The translations under genes and the position numbers were made by a program. Of a DNA stretch of 40,767 nucleotides, positions 13,232-24,071 are shown piece after piece; the first letter of the stretch is position 1, and the number at the start of each line of letters is the position of its first letter. The notes beneath the pieces were generated by a model. It did no database searches. It worked only from the letters and a program-made list of their open reading frames with translations, and had not been told where the DNA came from. The DNA comes from a virus (lineage: Duplodnaviria > Caudoviricetes), in the IMG/VR virus record IMGVR_UViG_3300027732_000003, positions 1-40,767 of that record. One strand, 5' to 3'.

Positions 13232-14803
13232 TTACCTCATATAAGCAGATGGAGGAGCTATGCCACGACCAGCACCAGCTTTTTCCTTTAATCGTTGATT
13301 CTTAGCCCATTCAGTTTGGGCATAAGGACTGCCAAGCAATGCAGAGCTTTCAATTCTTTGCTGAGATACAGTAGGTGCGCCAGCCTCACGAGGTGCTAAA
13401 CCTTGCTTCAATTGTGAAATCATTGGCAGATAGTCTGACGCTACATCAGCACTACGCATGGCCGCTTCACCATAATTACCTTGTTGAGCAGCTTTAGCAG
13501 CATCAGCAATAGACATCAATAATAAAGCAGGACCTCCCGCTTTAATTGCTTTAGGCACAGTATTAGGACCAGTAATCATTCCACCTTTTTTGCCACCAAT
13601 AGTTGCAGGTGTTCCAAGTGGTCCGTAATTGCCACCAATTTGAGCTTCTCTTAATTGAGCCAAATCTTTGCCAATTGCAGTCTCAGGAGAAATAGCTTTA
13701 ATAGCCGGATTTACTTTTGTTTCATAGTTGGTGTATGGACCAACCATTTGACCTTCATTAACTTCATTACGAATTCTCTTCATCATGTCAGAGCCGTAAG
13801 AGTTAAACAAGTTGTTGTCGCCAGAGCCAGCACCCAAAATACCAAAGCGACCTTCAGCAGCCAAAGACTTAGCTTGCTCTGGATACTGTTGAGCAAATGC
13901 TTCAGCACCTTGTTTGGCAGCAGAACTCATGCCTTTTGGATAGTCAATATTGCCATTGGCATCACGATTAAATGTGGCCAAAGTAGGAGCTACACCAGTG
14001 GCTTTATCAATTTCTTTAGCAACAACAGTTTGAACCGCTTGGGCAGTATTTCCAGTTGCTACACTTTCTTGAACACTAGGTGTCATGTATGGATTAGGTC
14101 TAGGTGCAAGTGGGTCTGTTGGCGCAACAGGTGCAACAGGTGCGGTAGCTTGTGGTGCAGTAGGAGCAATAGGCGCAGGAGCTTGTGTATACGAGCTTGT
14201 TTGATAAGGACTATTTACAGAAATGCCACCTTGATTCTTTAATGCTCCACCAATAATTGCAGCATCTTTAGGATTGGTAATTGGACCGCCTGTTAATCTT
14301 TCGGCATCAGCTAAAGGCACACCATAAGTTGTTTCAAACTGTTGAGCAAAAGGACTCATGTTCCTTTTTTCAATCGTATCCATAGGGATATCAATTGTTC
14401 GGTCTATTGGTTGTTGACCAATTTTGCGTTGGTTAATTCCGCTAAGACCTGTTTTTAATTTGCTTAAACCATACGCCCCGCCAACAGCAAGAGCGCCCAG
14501 TGCAGCACCACCTGTTACATAACCAACAGGTGAATTAAGGGCCTTCATAAAATCAAATGGCGGTGCAGCTAAAGTAGCTTCTTGCTCTTGCTTGGCAGAA
14601 GTTATAAGCTCCGCACCTTTTGCTTGTGCTTCTTTTTCGAAAGCAGCAGTAGTCTCTCTACCATCAGCAATAGGCACAATGTTTGGAACGGCAGCGCCAG
14701 CAGGTGCAGGTGTGCTTTTTAATTCTGCATCGATTTCTTCATCAGAATAACCAGCCGCTTTTGCGGAAGACCTAAATTTCTGTTCATCAAATTTTGCCAT
14801 CAT
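13232..14803 (-). CDS. Putative internal virion (ejection) protein
   Basis: 523 aa, Ala/Pro/Gly-rich, hydrophobic patch; position after the tail genes. Confidence 0.55.
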   Translation of the reverse strand: MMAKFDEQKFRSSAKAAGYSDEEIDAELKSTPAPAGAAVPNIVPIADGRETTAAFEKEAQAKGAELITSAKQEQEATLAAPPFDFMKALNSPVGYVTGGAALGALAVGGAYGLSKLKTGLSGINQRKIGQQPIDRTIDIPMDTIEKRNMSPFAQQFETTYGVPLADAERLTGGPITNPKDAAIIGGALKNQGGISVNSPYQTSSYTQAPAPIAPTAPQATAPVAPVAPTDPLAPRPNPYMTPSVQESVATGNTAQAVQTVVAKEIDKATGVAPTLATFNRDANGNIDYPKGMSSAAKQGAEAFAQQYPEQAKSLAAEGRFGILGAGSGDNNLFNSYGSDMMKRIRNEVNEGQMVGPYTNYETKVNPAIKAISPETAIGKDLAQLREAQIGGNYGPLGTPATIGGKKGGMITGPNTVPKAIKAGGPALLLMSIADAAKAAQQGNYGEAAMRSADVASDYLPMISQLKQGLAPREAGAPTVSQQRIESSALLGSPYAQTEWAKNQRLKEKAGAGRGIAPPSAYMR

Positions 14804-16374
14804 TAACCTCCGGCCTGTCTTCTAAGTTCTGACAAAGTAGGTTTCTTGTTTGCTGCTGCGGGTGGTGCTACAGGCGCTGCAGACTGACCTTGAGGTTTTG
14901 GTTTGGCAGCAGATTGTTGTCTTGTGGCACGAGCAACATATTCACCTTCCATGATCTTACCAATTTCATTGGACCACCGATCACGAATTTCATTAAAGAT
15001 TGGTTTGGCAGTGTAAGCCGCACCGATGGAACCAGGCACTGGCAAAGTCTTACTTTCATCGTAATACTTGGCATTTTTATCAAAGTGATCTCTGTAAGCC
15101 GCAATTTGTTCTGCGTTCTGCTTATGTTGAGCAAGTTGAGTCATTGCTTGTGCTTGCGTATCAGTAAATGATGCAGCAGTTGGCAAAGAAATAAATGTTG
15201 GTTTGCCGTATTGATCTACCGCTTTATTTAATTCAGAACCCACCTCGTTACCAAATTGAATTGCAGTTTTCATTTGCTGAATCAATTTAGCTTTTTCTTC
15301 AGGTGATTTGCCAGAAATAGAATCTTGAAACTTTTTAGAAGTAATAAGGCTTTCAAGTGTAGATTGACTATTTTGTGATGCTTCAGAAGCCAAGCTTGCA
15401 GAATCAGTCTGCTGCTTTAAAGCGCCATAATCATATTTTTGGTTGTTAGTTTTAGATACTAAAAAGTTTCCATCAATACTAAATTCAGTGCCAATTAGTT
15501 CTTTAGGAATGCCTAGTTTGGCAGCTAGACCAGCATCAACCTTTTGACTCTGACCTTTGCTTTTGTTGTCATTGATCTGGTTGAAATAAGTAGATGCATT
15601 TGACTTAGTGCTAGATTGACCAACACTGTTAGCAATAGCGCCAACCATCTTTGCATAATCATCAGGCGCAAGATCAGTCTTGGCTTTTCTGTAGAAGTTA
15701 TCCAAAAATTCAAGCTTTGGAGCAAGGCCAGCATAAGCCTCTGTCCACTTGTTTACTGCTACTCTTTCGTTTTGAAAGGACGAGTTGTAACGTGAACGAT
15801 TTTCTTCTGCACTTTTAATAGCAAAAGTTTTGTCGATGTCAGAAACGCTACCACCACGTTTTGAATATTCTTCAGGAGTAAGTACACGTTTTTGTTCAAC
15901 ATCAAAATATCCTTGTGGTTGGCCAAGAGCATTAACAGTTACTTGAATAATGTTGCCATTGTCTTTGGCATATTCAGTGGTAGTCTTTAAAGCACCACCA
16001 GTGGCTAAATTAAAAGCAGCCTCTTTTTGGCCCATCATAAAAGCAATTAATGCTTGGCCATACAAAGGTTCTTGGCTTACATTGCGTAAAGCAGTTGCCG
16101 CTGCAATGTTGCGTTCACCATCAGTTTTTGCTTTGTTAATTGGCTCAACAACTTTAGAAAAGTCATTAGCTCTTTGCTGCATCTCTTGAGCAGTTTTAAG
16201 CGTGGCATTACCTTCAGGCGTATCAACACCCATTTGCTGTGCAGCGTTGATCAAACCTTTGGTATCACGAGTTGCCAAAGCAGCATTAGCTGAATCTTTT
16301 ATAGATGCAGCATCTTGCAAAGCACTTGGATAAATCGTAACTGAAGGGGGTTGCTGTTGAATAACTTCTGCCAT
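14803..16374 (-). CDS. Putative internal virion (ejection) protein
   Basis: 523 aa, Ala/Gln-rich and helical; position. Confidence 0.55.
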   Translation of the reverse strand: MAEVIQQQPPSVTIYPSALQDAASIKDSANAALATRDTKGLINAAQQMGVDTPEGNATLKTAQEMQQRANDFSKVVEPINKAKTDGERNIAAATALRNVSQEPLYGQALIAFMMGQKEAAFNLATGGALKTTTEYAKDNGNIIQVTVNALGQPQGYFDVEQKRVLTPEEYSKRGGSVSDIDKTFAIKSAEENRSRYNSSFQNERVAVNKWTEAYAGLAPKLEFLDNFYRKAKTDLAPDDYAKMVGAIANSVGQSSTKSNASTYFNQINDNKSKGQSQKVDAGLAAKLGIPKELIGTEFSIDGNFLVSKTNNQKYDYGALKQQTDSASLASEASQNSQSTLESLITSKKFQDSISGKSPEEKAKLIQQMKTAIQFGNEVGSELNKAVDQYGKPTFISLPTAASFTDTQAQAMTQLAQHKQNAEQIAAYRDHFDKNAKYYDESKTLPVPGSIGAAYTAKPIFNEIRDRWSNEIGKIMEGEYVARATRQQSAAKPKPQGQSAAPVAPPAAANKKPTLSELRRQAGG

Positions 16375-16383
16375 GATTGTTCC

Positions 16384-16935
16384 TTATCCAAACATTCCAC
16401 CAGCCATGCCTTGAAAAGCTTTAGCTAGTTTGCCATAACCTGGTAATTGCTGGTATTCGTTACCAGTTAACGCTACTGGATTAGGTGTAGCTTGTGGCAC
16501 AAAAGGATTGAAATCTCTTTGCGCTTGTGGATTTACAAAAGATTGTTCATTACCATTGTATTTACCATCAAGAACATCTACTCCAATATTTGCAGGAGGT
16601 GTTGTTGACATAGGCGCACTGTCATAAACAGGAGTCGCAATAGCAGGTGGAGGCGGTGGCGCACTAGCCATTGGAGCATTAGGCACTACAGGTTGCATTG
16701 CAGCACCAGAAGGAGGCGCAGAGCCAGTAGGTGTAATTGGATTGTTGTAAGAAAACGTACCTGCTTGATTGGGCTTAACACCAAGTTTATCTAATGCGCT
16801 GATAGCACCTGATTGTTGTAAGCCATACAAAACCAAACCTGTTTTTGCAGCTTTACCAATTTCAGCTAATGGGCTTGAACCCATGTATCTGCGTGGATCT
16901 CCAAAACTTAAACCAAAAGGTGTATCTGCTGCCAT
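16384..16935 (-). CDS. Putative virion/ejection protein
   Basis: Pro/Gly-rich; AAGGA RBS. Confidence 0.5.
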   Translation of the reverse strand: MAADTPFGLSFGDPRRYMGSSPLAEIGKAAKTGLVLYGLQQSGAISALDKLGVKPNQAGTFSYNNPITPTGSAPPSGAAMQPVVPNAPMASAPPPPPAIATPVYDSAPMSTTPPANIGVDVLDGKYNGNEQSFVNPQAQRDFNPFVPQATPNPVALTGNEYQQLPGYGKLAKAFQGMAGGMFG

Positions 16936-16944
16936 GATTTTTCC

Positions 16945-17889
16945 TTAGAATCCAAAACCTTTGCTGGAAGACTTTTGGCCTTGTGTACCAGCAAAACTAG
17001 GTGTTGTAGAAGCTTGAGGTGTTCCGTAAATTACAGACGCATATTTGTTAAACACATCTTGTGGTGTCTGAGCCAAACCAACACGACTTGTTGCCAATTG
17101 GTTAGCCAGTGATGTAGAGGCCAAACCTTGTGTTCCAAGATTGCCGTACAAACCACCTGCTTGTTGCAATGCACCCTGACCACCACCAAACAAAGTACCA
17201 AAAGCACCTTGTGATTGAGCAAGAGCGCCTTGGCCTGTTCCTAGCAATGTATTGGCCGCTTGTTGACGTTGACCTTCCACCGCAGCAGAAGTTTGAGCCG
17301 CAGCAGATTGAAGACGTTGTTGGCCAAGTTGCTCAAGGTTTTTGTTGGCCAAAGCCATGCGAGATGAACCCAAACCACCCGAAGCGCCAAACATGGCATT
17401 CTGACCACCCAATTGCTCACGAATCTCTTCACGAGCAGGTTGCAAAGAAGCCTGAATTTGTTCTTGTTTATATTGTGGGCTAAACAAGTTTTGTAGTTGA
17501 TCACCACCAATTTTGCTTAAAAGCTCACCACGATTGGCTTGATTCCAACCTGCTTGTTGTAAACCAGTAGCACCCGTGCCAAGCAAATCTTGGCCAACAC
17601 CAGTTTGATAAGTGGCTAGATTACCTTGGCCTCGTGATCCGGCATACATACCAGCTTCACCAACTGCTTGGCCAACATTTGCTCCACGTTCTGCAAGACC
17701 TAAAGCAGTATTCATGGCTGGCATTGCATTGGCCGCAGTACCATAAAGCACATCTTTAGCGCCAGCAATTGTGTTTTGATAAGCAGGTAAAGCGGTTCCC
17801 GTCAGGAAGCCTGTTTGTGCTGCAATTGCGTCTTTTTGTTCTTGCGTGACTATAGGAGCCGAAGAACTACTTCCTTTTCCACCGCCCAT
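16945..17889 (-). CDS. Putative ejection (pilot) protein
   Basis: MGGGKG.. start; Gly/Gln/Ala-rich; FGASGGLGSSR motif. Confidence 0.6.
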   Translation of the reverse strand: MGGGKGSSSSAPIVTQEQKDAIAAQTGFLTGTALPAYQNTIAGAKDVLYGTAANAMPAMNTALGLAERGANVGQAVGEAGMYAGSRGQGNLATYQTGVGQDLLGTGATGLQQAGWNQANRGELLSKIGGDQLQNLFSPQYKQEQIQASLQPAREEIREQLGGQNAMFGASGGLGSSRMALANKNLEQLGQQRLQSAAAQTSAAVEGQRQQAANTLLGTGQGALAQSQGAFGTLFGGGQGALQQAGGLYGNLGTQGLASTSLANQLATSRVGLAQTPQDVFNKYASVIYGTPQASTTPSFAGTQGQKSSSKGFGF

Positions 17890-17891
17890 GA

Positions 17892-18254
17892 TTAGACTCC
17901 TTTACCTGTTTGTTTGGAGATTTGGTTTGTCAAACCGCCCAATCCTTTACCCATACCAGCTTGTGGTTGTTGGGCTTGATTATCCCATGGTTGTACAGTG
18001 TTTGAATAGGCATTAGGCATACCAAATTTAGGTTGTCCACCTTGACCAGGCATACTTATTTGCCCACCCATCATGCCAGTAGTGGGGTCTATTGCCTGAT
18101 TACTAGCTTGGGGTTGCATCATGCTATCTTCCATCTTTTGAGTTAAAGACGGATTAATAGGGTTCATGCCCAACTGATTGGCACTCATTCCCGCCCCTTT
18201 ACTAGCGGGACCTGAAACCTGATTAGGTTGCACTTGTGCTGAGAATCCACCCAT
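17892..18254 (-). CDS. Gln/Met/Gly-rich virion-associated protein
   Basis: Likely start MGGFSAQ at 18254 after AAGGA. Confidence 0.6.
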   Translation of the reverse strand: MGGFSAQVQPNQVSGPASKGAGMSANQLGMNPINPSLTQKMEDSMMQPQASNQAIDPTTGMMGGQISMPGQGGQPKFGMPNAYSNTVQPWDNQAQQPQAGMGKGLGGLTNQISKQTGKGV

Positions 18255-18256
18255 GA

Positions 18257-18529
18257 TTATTCCTTCATTAAATCGATAAAGTGCCACAGATCTTCATTAA
18301 AGTAGGTTCCAGCAGGTTTATCTGGATGCCATGAAGGATTGGCAGAATTAAGCTCAACGTACTGTTCGCCAGTAATCATGTACTCACGGCACTGGCTTGG
18401 CACAATAAATTCACCCTGTTGGGTAGTCACGCAGACAACTACTCGAACACTTTGGTTATCAGGTAATTCCTGCAAAGAGTAAATATCTTCATAAATCTGC
18501 TGTGCGGGTATATTAATTTCTCTTGGCAT
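18257..18529 (-). CDS. Hypothetical tail-associated protein
   Basis: 90 aa, coupled to the upstream fibre gene. Confidence 0.65.
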   Translation of the reverse strand: MPREINIPAQQIYEDIYSLQELPDNQSVRVVVCVTTQQGEFIVPSQCREYMITGEQYVELNSANPSWHPDKPAGTYFNEDLWHFIDLMKE

Positions 18530-20640
18530 TATGTTACCTTTGCTTCCAATGCTTCTACTTTAGCAGTCAATTCTTGTATTGCTTTGGTTAAAACAGCAAT
18601 ATACGAGGGGTAATGAATTGTTTTAAAACCTGTTTCATCTCCCACCTTCCAATTTGGTTCTTCATAAACCAAAGAAGAAGGGGTTGGAATCAAGTTTTCA
18701 ACTTCTTGAGCAATAAAACCATAGCCTTTTTGGTGCTTTGAATCGGCTTTTAGCTTGTAAGAAACAGGTCTTAGTTGTTTAACAAAAGCTAATCCAACAT
18801 CAATATCAGCAATTTCTTCTTTTAAACGTACATCAGACGGGCTTGTTGTTGATACTTCATAGTAAACATAATTTGAAAATACGCCTGTTCCCGCATAAGA
18901 ATAAACATAAGCACCCGCAATTCCTGTTGCTGTACTACCAACAAAATTCATTCCAGAACCAGCAGCATTTGCAGTTCCTGAATTAGTGGCAAAAATTCGT
19001 GCGTATTGAGAACCAGAAAAACCACCCAAATTATCAGAGTTTGTAGGCGTTCCTGAAAGGGTAAGAGTTACTGCGCCTGTAGATGCTGAAGCTGACAATG
19101 TCAATCCACTAGAACTATTGCTAGTTGCTAGGCTAGTTACACCACCGCCACCGCCTGATGGTGTTGCCCATTGGCCATCATTACGCAAGAAAGTGCTTGT
19201 TGAACCTGTAGGGGCAGCAATGTCATAAACACCCCAACGAATGGTTCCATTGGAAATGTACAAAGCAGGTAAAGCAAAGGCGTGTTCAGCACGGATAGCG
19301 TAACTAGTTGCGCCAAAAGAATAAGCTTCTAATCCATTTCCATTGAAACCATGCGTATAAACTCCAATTTTTCCTGTACCACCATTAGCTGAAATTGCTC
19401 TTCCACCAGTTCCTGCATTAAAAAAACCACCAATAGTTTGAGCCATTGATTGATTGACATTTATCGCACAACCCGTACCACCCGCATTATTAAATCCATC
19501 AAATTCAGCAATTCCTCGGCCATATATGCTGTTCAAAAACATATTGCCAGTAGAGCGTTGAATGTAATAACCTGCAGTGCCATAACTTGCAGGTGTTCCC
19601 ACTACAGGTGGAGTAGTACCATTCCAATTGTCAGATCGAATGTCTTGGAAAACAGAAGCAGCAGTAGGTGTTCCCCATTGAGTCTGTCCCGCAGGGATGC
19701 CACTGATTGTTCCGCTAGAAGAGTTGTACTGTCCAAAGCTATACCAAAGAACATCACCAACAGTTACAGCAGGAGCCGTTAAAGACCATCCTGCAGGAGC
19801 CGTTGGACCTGTTGTGTTACTTGGGGTGGCGGGAGCTGCAGTAGCTTGATTTTGGGATCTGTAGGCAGTAATAGCCGCCAAGCCATTTGCACCTGCCACA
19901 CCCGCAGTACCATTTGCACCATTAGATCCTGCCACATAAATGGCATAAGACGTATTAGTCCAATCCAATGTAGATGTGGTTGTTGTGGACAAAACTACCA
20001 AAGGTATCGTAATAGCCCAAAGATATGAACCTGCTGTGGTATCTATAGGCTGAGTTGTAGACCAACCTGCAGGAGCAGTGTATGCGCCTGTCGCCCATGT
20101 GTAGGTCGATGTAGTTGTTGGTCTAGCAGGAGGTGTAGAGCTTGCAGTCCATTGATAAATAGATGGCAAAGCACTATTAAACGAATTTACTGCTACTACT
20201 GTTGTAACAATATCTAGATCAATTGCAGGTCCTGATTCTTGAACGTAAGATGCATCAGGCGCAGCGGTTCCAACAAAAAAGTTAACCTGCCGACCACCAC
20301 TTGTTTGATACCAAAGAAACTTTGTAGTACCAAATCCACCTGCTGCCTGATACCAAATGTAATCAGCATAATCTGTAGATTCAACAGAACTACTAGTATT
20401 GCGTAATCCATAATACTGACGATTGGTTGGACTGTTGCTAAAGTTAACCGATCCATCAAAACTATCTGCATATTTGACTGCTAAAAATTGGTACAGATAA
20501 GCAATAATAACCCCTGACGGACCTGTAATAATGCCTGTCGTATTGTCAGCAACAAGGTTAGATCCAAAGTTAGCCAACAAATAATTGATAGCCTCAGATA
20601 CTTCCGATTGCGTGGGATTATTGGTTAAAGCGAATGTCAT
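18529..20640 (-). CDS. Tail fibre/spike with C-terminal intramolecular chaperone (peptidase S74)
   Basis: SDVRLKEEI, L.PVSY, YGFIAQEV and a terminal coiled coil; likely start at 20640. Confidence 0.85.
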   Translation of the reverse strand: MTFALTNNPTQSEVSEAINYLLANFGSNLVADNTTGIITGPSGVIIAYLYQFLAVKYADSFDGSVNFSNSPTNRQYYGLRNTSSSVESTDYADYIWYQAAGGFGTTKFLWYQTSGGRQVNFFVGTAAPDASYVQESGPAIDLDIVTTVVAVNSFNSALPSIYQWTASSTPPARPTTTSTYTWATGAYTAPAGWSTTQPIDTTAGSYLWAITIPLVVLSTTTTSTLDWTNTSYAIYVAGSNGANGTAGVAGANGLAAITAYRSQNQATAAPATPSNTTGPTAPAGWSLTAPAVTVGDVLWYSFGQYNSSSGTISGIPAGQTQWGTPTAASVFQDIRSDNWNGTTPPVVGTPASYGTAGYYIQRSTGNMFLNSIYGRGIAEFDGFNNAGGTGCAINVNQSMAQTIGGFFNAGTGGRAISANGGTGKIGVYTHGFNGNGLEAYSFGATSYAIRAEHAFALPALYISNGTIRWGVYDIAAPTGSTSTFLRNDGQWATPSGGGGGVTSLATSNSSSGLTLSASASTGAVTLTLSGTPTNSDNLGGFSGSQYARIFATNSGTANAAGSGMNFVGSTATGIAGAYVYSYAGTGVFSNYVYYEVSTTSPSDVRLKEEIADIDVGLAFVKQLRPVSYKLKADSKHQKGYGFIAQEVENLIPTPSSLVYEEPNWKVGDETGFKTIHYPSYIAVLTKAIQELTAKVEALEAKVT

Positions 20641-22253
20641 TAGAAGGCATCCTCGGTAACTGTAGCTTGCCAATTCATGGCGCTCATTTTCCAAGTATCA
20701 GTTGCATCGTTTGAGCCAAACTTAACCGCAACAGTACGCACAGAGTTTTGCTGAGTAGGAACCCAAGGCGTATCAGTATCAATATTGGTTACACCTGTCT
20801 CACCATATACAGGCGTTTGAGCAGTAGAGTTAGCACCGCCAACAGTAATGTCAATTTTTCCTGTACCTGCAATCTCAGGCAATAACCTGTGAACATATAC
20901 TTTGTTTGAGTAAGGAACAGGACCATTGGCAGTTTGCAAAGCTACATTGGTACGCTCAAATTGAGAATCAATGGCAGAACCAACAAAAGCATTGGTAATG
21001 GCAGTCTCAATCAATCTAGAACTTGAAACACCACCTTTAGCGTATACAACAGCCCTAGAAGCTAAATTGTAGTAATCGGGTGAGCTATCTATCCACCGAG
21101 GTCCTTCAGTGCCCATACAAGCGTTTTGAATGTCTTTAGGGGCATTCCATACTTGCAGGTCATATCTCCAAGATAACATCTTATTGCACCAACCTGTAGA
21201 TGTCAGATCAGGGTAATAAATCTCAATTTGATACTTTGAGGTGTTATTAACCATGAAGATACGATTTTGATACAAAGGACTCAAATTGGAAAAGAAATAA
21301 TCTTTGACTTTTTGGTTGCCCAATGAAACAAATTCTGAGCCGTTAAACATCCAGATATCACGAGCATCAACCCCGTAAACATTACCATCTGTATTTGTCC
21401 AACAATTATTGTTTAATAATCCACGGCCTTGGTTTAACAAGCGCAAACCAAAAATAGGCGCAGTACTGTTTTGATAGGAAATAGGTGAGAAAACTACTGT
21501 ATCCCAATAGGAACACACATAAAAGCTACCACCCAAAAAGAATCCATCAATCAAAGGTCCACGAACAGGAACCTCTTGCTCGTTGGCCACGTTAGACAGG
21601 GTAGGTTCCCACGTTGTTGGATAACCTTGAAGAGCAAAAGCTTGCGACCATCTTACAGTTGTAGGGTAGTTATAAGTCGTACCGCCAATAACCTTGGTTA
21701 TATTCCCTGCAATCAGAATATTGCCCACATTGGGAGAGCAATAGTTTCTGACAAATCCCGCTCTTGTTGAGGTAACACCAGGTTCGTAATTCCATGCAGC
21801 ATCTGAAGTAACTGTAATTTCATTGCTTGTTGGCAGGAAATACATGGGGTTTGTAAGAGTGTCATTTATAAAAAACACATTACCAACAGAAGAAAAAGTG
21901 ATGTTTATATCTTCTGTATAGTTTGGCAGGAAAACGGATGGATTAGCGCCAACGCCAGGCGTAATGTTGGTTATACCTGTAGAAGTAATCATGTACCATT
22001 TACCTTGGCTAGATGCATTACGGGTCGCTACGATATATACCCAAGATGTCTCAGAACGAAACCCACCTTCTACAAAGATAGGCATATCAGGAATAGTTGA
22101 AGCTATCTGAATCTCACCAAAGATTTTCTTAATAGAACGGGTATCAGCCTCTACATTTTTACCAATGTTGTACTCGTTTGGTCCCAAAGCGTTACTAGGA
22201 ACGTCAGGAGTGAAGGACATTGAGGTAAAAGGGGTGCGTAGAGGCGTATACAT
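20640..22253 (-). CDS. Tail nozzle / head-stabilisation protein (P22 gp10-like role)
   Basis: 537 aa, beta-rich, VRWS motif; podovirus gene order. Confidence 0.6.
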   Translation of the reverse strand: MYTPLRTPFTSMSFTPDVPSNALGPNEYNIGKNVEADTRSIKKIFGEIQIASTIPDMPIFVEGGFRSETSWVYIVATRNASSQGKWYMITSTGITNITPGVGANPSVFLPNYTEDINITFSSVGNVFFINDTLTNPMYFLPTSNEITVTSDAAWNYEPGVTSTRAGFVRNYCSPNVGNILIAGNITKVIGGTTYNYPTTVRWSQAFALQGYPTTWEPTLSNVANEQEVPVRGPLIDGFFLGGSFYVCSYWDTVVFSPISYQNSTAPIFGLRLLNQGRGLLNNNCWTNTDGNVYGVDARDIWMFNGSEFVSLGNQKVKDYFFSNLSPLYQNRIFMVNNTSKYQIEIYYPDLTSTGWCNKMLSWRYDLQVWNAPKDIQNACMGTEGPRWIDSSPDYYNLASRAVVYAKGGVSSSRLIETAITNAFVGSAIDSQFERTNVALQTANGPVPYSNKVYVHRLLPEIAGTGKIDITVGGANSTAQTPVYGETGVTNIDTDTPWVPTQQNSVRTVAVKFGSNDATDTWKMSAMNWQATVTEDAF

Positions 22254-22281
22254 ATCAGTCCATTGTATTGAGATTTGCTGA

Positions 22282-22524
22282 TTAGCTCAAGGATTGTTGT
22301 GCCTGATAAGCCGCAATAACTTCAGCAGTCCAGACTGTATTGCAGATTGCAACTACGTTAGCGGGAACGCCTGTCAGGTCTTGTGCGGGTGTGAGGCTTG
22401 AGCGATGGTAGGTCTTGCTCAGTTCATTGCCATCTTCCATGATGCGAGTAGCTTCACGATAGAGAATAGACCCATTTTCTTGAACAGTAATTTGGTCAAC
22501 GGCAGTTGTTTTAGTTAAAGACAT
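22282..22524 (-). CDS. Tail-fibre-associated small protein
   Basis: DQITVQENG....REAT...EDG.E....YHR and VWT.EVIAAY pattern. Confidence 0.7.
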   Translation of the reverse strand: MSLTKTTAVDQITVQENGSILYREATRIMEDGNELSKTYHRSSLTPAQDLTGVPANVVAICNTVWTAEVIAAYQAQQSLS

Positions 22525-22585
22525 TTTGATTTCCTTTTAAGTTAAGTGTCCGACTTGATAATCCAACCAAGTTAATTTAAATTTG

Positions 22586-23551
22586 TTATGAAGTAAAATA
22601 TGTTAATGAGCCTGAAACCCTTGCTGAATTTCCAAAAATAGCAGCATTTAAATTTGATGTTGTACCAGCCGCAGCCATGCTATTAAAGTAAATACTATTT
22701 GTGCCAGCTGCCCCATAACAAGTTAGCCCAATGACGTTAATTGCTATAGCGGAAAAATATCCTGTTGCACCATCATTGGCAGCACCGCTTCCAACACCAA
22801 AAGGAAGCCCTTGAATATTAGTTGTAGAACCTGTGCCTAATGTAGTTACTGCAATATCAAAAGTAACAGTTACAGTTTTTCCAATTTTTACATAACTTCC
22901 AAGTTGTGAACTGTGTGTTGCCGTACCACCAACAGTAGGTGTCCAAGTCCCTTCTTCATAGTCATCTAGCGTATTAGCGTTTGATGATGCTGATTGAGTT
23001 GCGGGGAATGTGATGCCTGCAGAATCTGATGGGATACGCAATCGTTCTGTGGCATTAGTTGAAAAGATAATTGAATCACCGGTGTTGTTGCAAAACAGTT
23101 CTAAATCAGCATCTGTTTTTAACGCAACTTTATTACTGGCATGAGTAATATAAAAAGAGCCAGTAGACGCATCTGAAAAATGACCACTTGTTGCACCCCA
23201 AGTTGCAAGAGTTACTGCACCACGAACACCAAATTTTCCAAAACTAGATGGTGTAGTTGTGCCAACTCCAACATTACCTGTGTTGTAGTAAATATCAGAA
23301 CCGCTAGTTGTCCATTGGCTTGAACCGCTTGTTGCCCATGTAGGAGGCGCACCTGAACCCGCAGAAGTTAACACTTGTCCCGCAGTGCCAAAGCTAGGCG
23401 TACTACCAACGCCAATTGCTTGTGAAGCGTTAACAGTAACCGCAGTTGTGCCATTAGTTTGCAATGCCAAAACACCGCTGTTATCTGCGCTTGTTTTAAG
23501 CCCTGCTATACCGCTTACTACGCCATTGTCGGCATTGATATTTGTTGTCAT
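22586..23551 (-). CDS. Tail fibre protein
   Basis: GNVGVGTTTP, TERLRI and NTLDDYEEGTWTP motifs. Confidence 0.8.
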   Translation of the reverse strand: MTTNINADNGVVSGIAGLKTSADNSGVLALQTNGTTAVTVNASQAIGVGSTPSFGTAGQVLTSAGSGAPPTWATSGSSQWTTSGSDIYYNTGNVGVGTTTPSSFGKFGVRGAVTLATWGATSGHFSDASTGSFYITHASNKVALKTDADLELFCNNTGDSIIFSTNATERLRIPSDSAGITFPATQSASSNANTLDDYEEGTWTPTVGGTATHSSQLGSYVKIGKTVTVTFDIAVTTLGTGSTTNIQGLPFGVGSGAANDGATGYFSAIAINVIGLTCYGAAGTNSIYFNSMAAAGTTSNLNAAIFGNSARVSGSLTYFTS

Positions 23552-24063
23552 TCAAATACTCCGGTTTGAACAGGCGCAACAACAGCCAAGAATTCTTCCA
23601 TTGTCGTACAGGCAAGAATAGCCACTTCTTTAGCATTGCACTCAGCCACAAGTCTAATTCGTTCAGCAGCAATGTCAGCAGGAATGTCAATATTACGTTC
23701 TGCCTTGCGAATAACCATCCAATCGGTGTAGCCCAACAATCCGTTTGTGGTTTGCTTATTCTGAGCAATCCATTGTGACTTCAAGCCTTTAGTCGTTACT
23801 GGCTCAGTCTGACCCTCTGGAGTCTCAGTCACATCCTCCAAAGCCTTTGGCGTATTGGTGTAGGTGCGAGTGACCACAGAGCCGTTCACTTGGTAACTGT
23901 CAAAAGTCACCCAATAAAAGCGTTGGTCTTTTTGCTCACCTTCAACCACTTCCAATGCACCTTGCTCAATAGCAAATGCGTGATTAGGGTTTGATGTGTT
24001 TGGAAAGAGAATTGATAGTTCACCAACTTGGGTGACTGCGTTGTTTTCAATGAGTGCGTACAT
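23548..24063 (-). CDS. Tail fibre assembly-like protein
   Basis: LL..TDWMVIRKAE motif; between fibre genes. Confidence 0.65.
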   Translation of the reverse strand: MYALIENNAVTQVGELSILFPNTSNPNHAFAIEQGALEVVEGEQKDQRFYWVTFDSYQVNGSVVTRTYTNTPKALEDVTETPEGQTEPVTTKGLKSQWIAQNKQTTNGLLGYTDWMVIRKAERNIDIPADIAAERIRLVAECNAKEVAILACTTMEEFLAVVAPVQTGVFE

Positions 24064-24071
24064 ATTGAGTC

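Noticed and set aside
13232-16374. Two adjacent ORFs of exactly 523 aa as a duplication
   Set aside because: I see no sequence similarity; the equal length looks coincidental.
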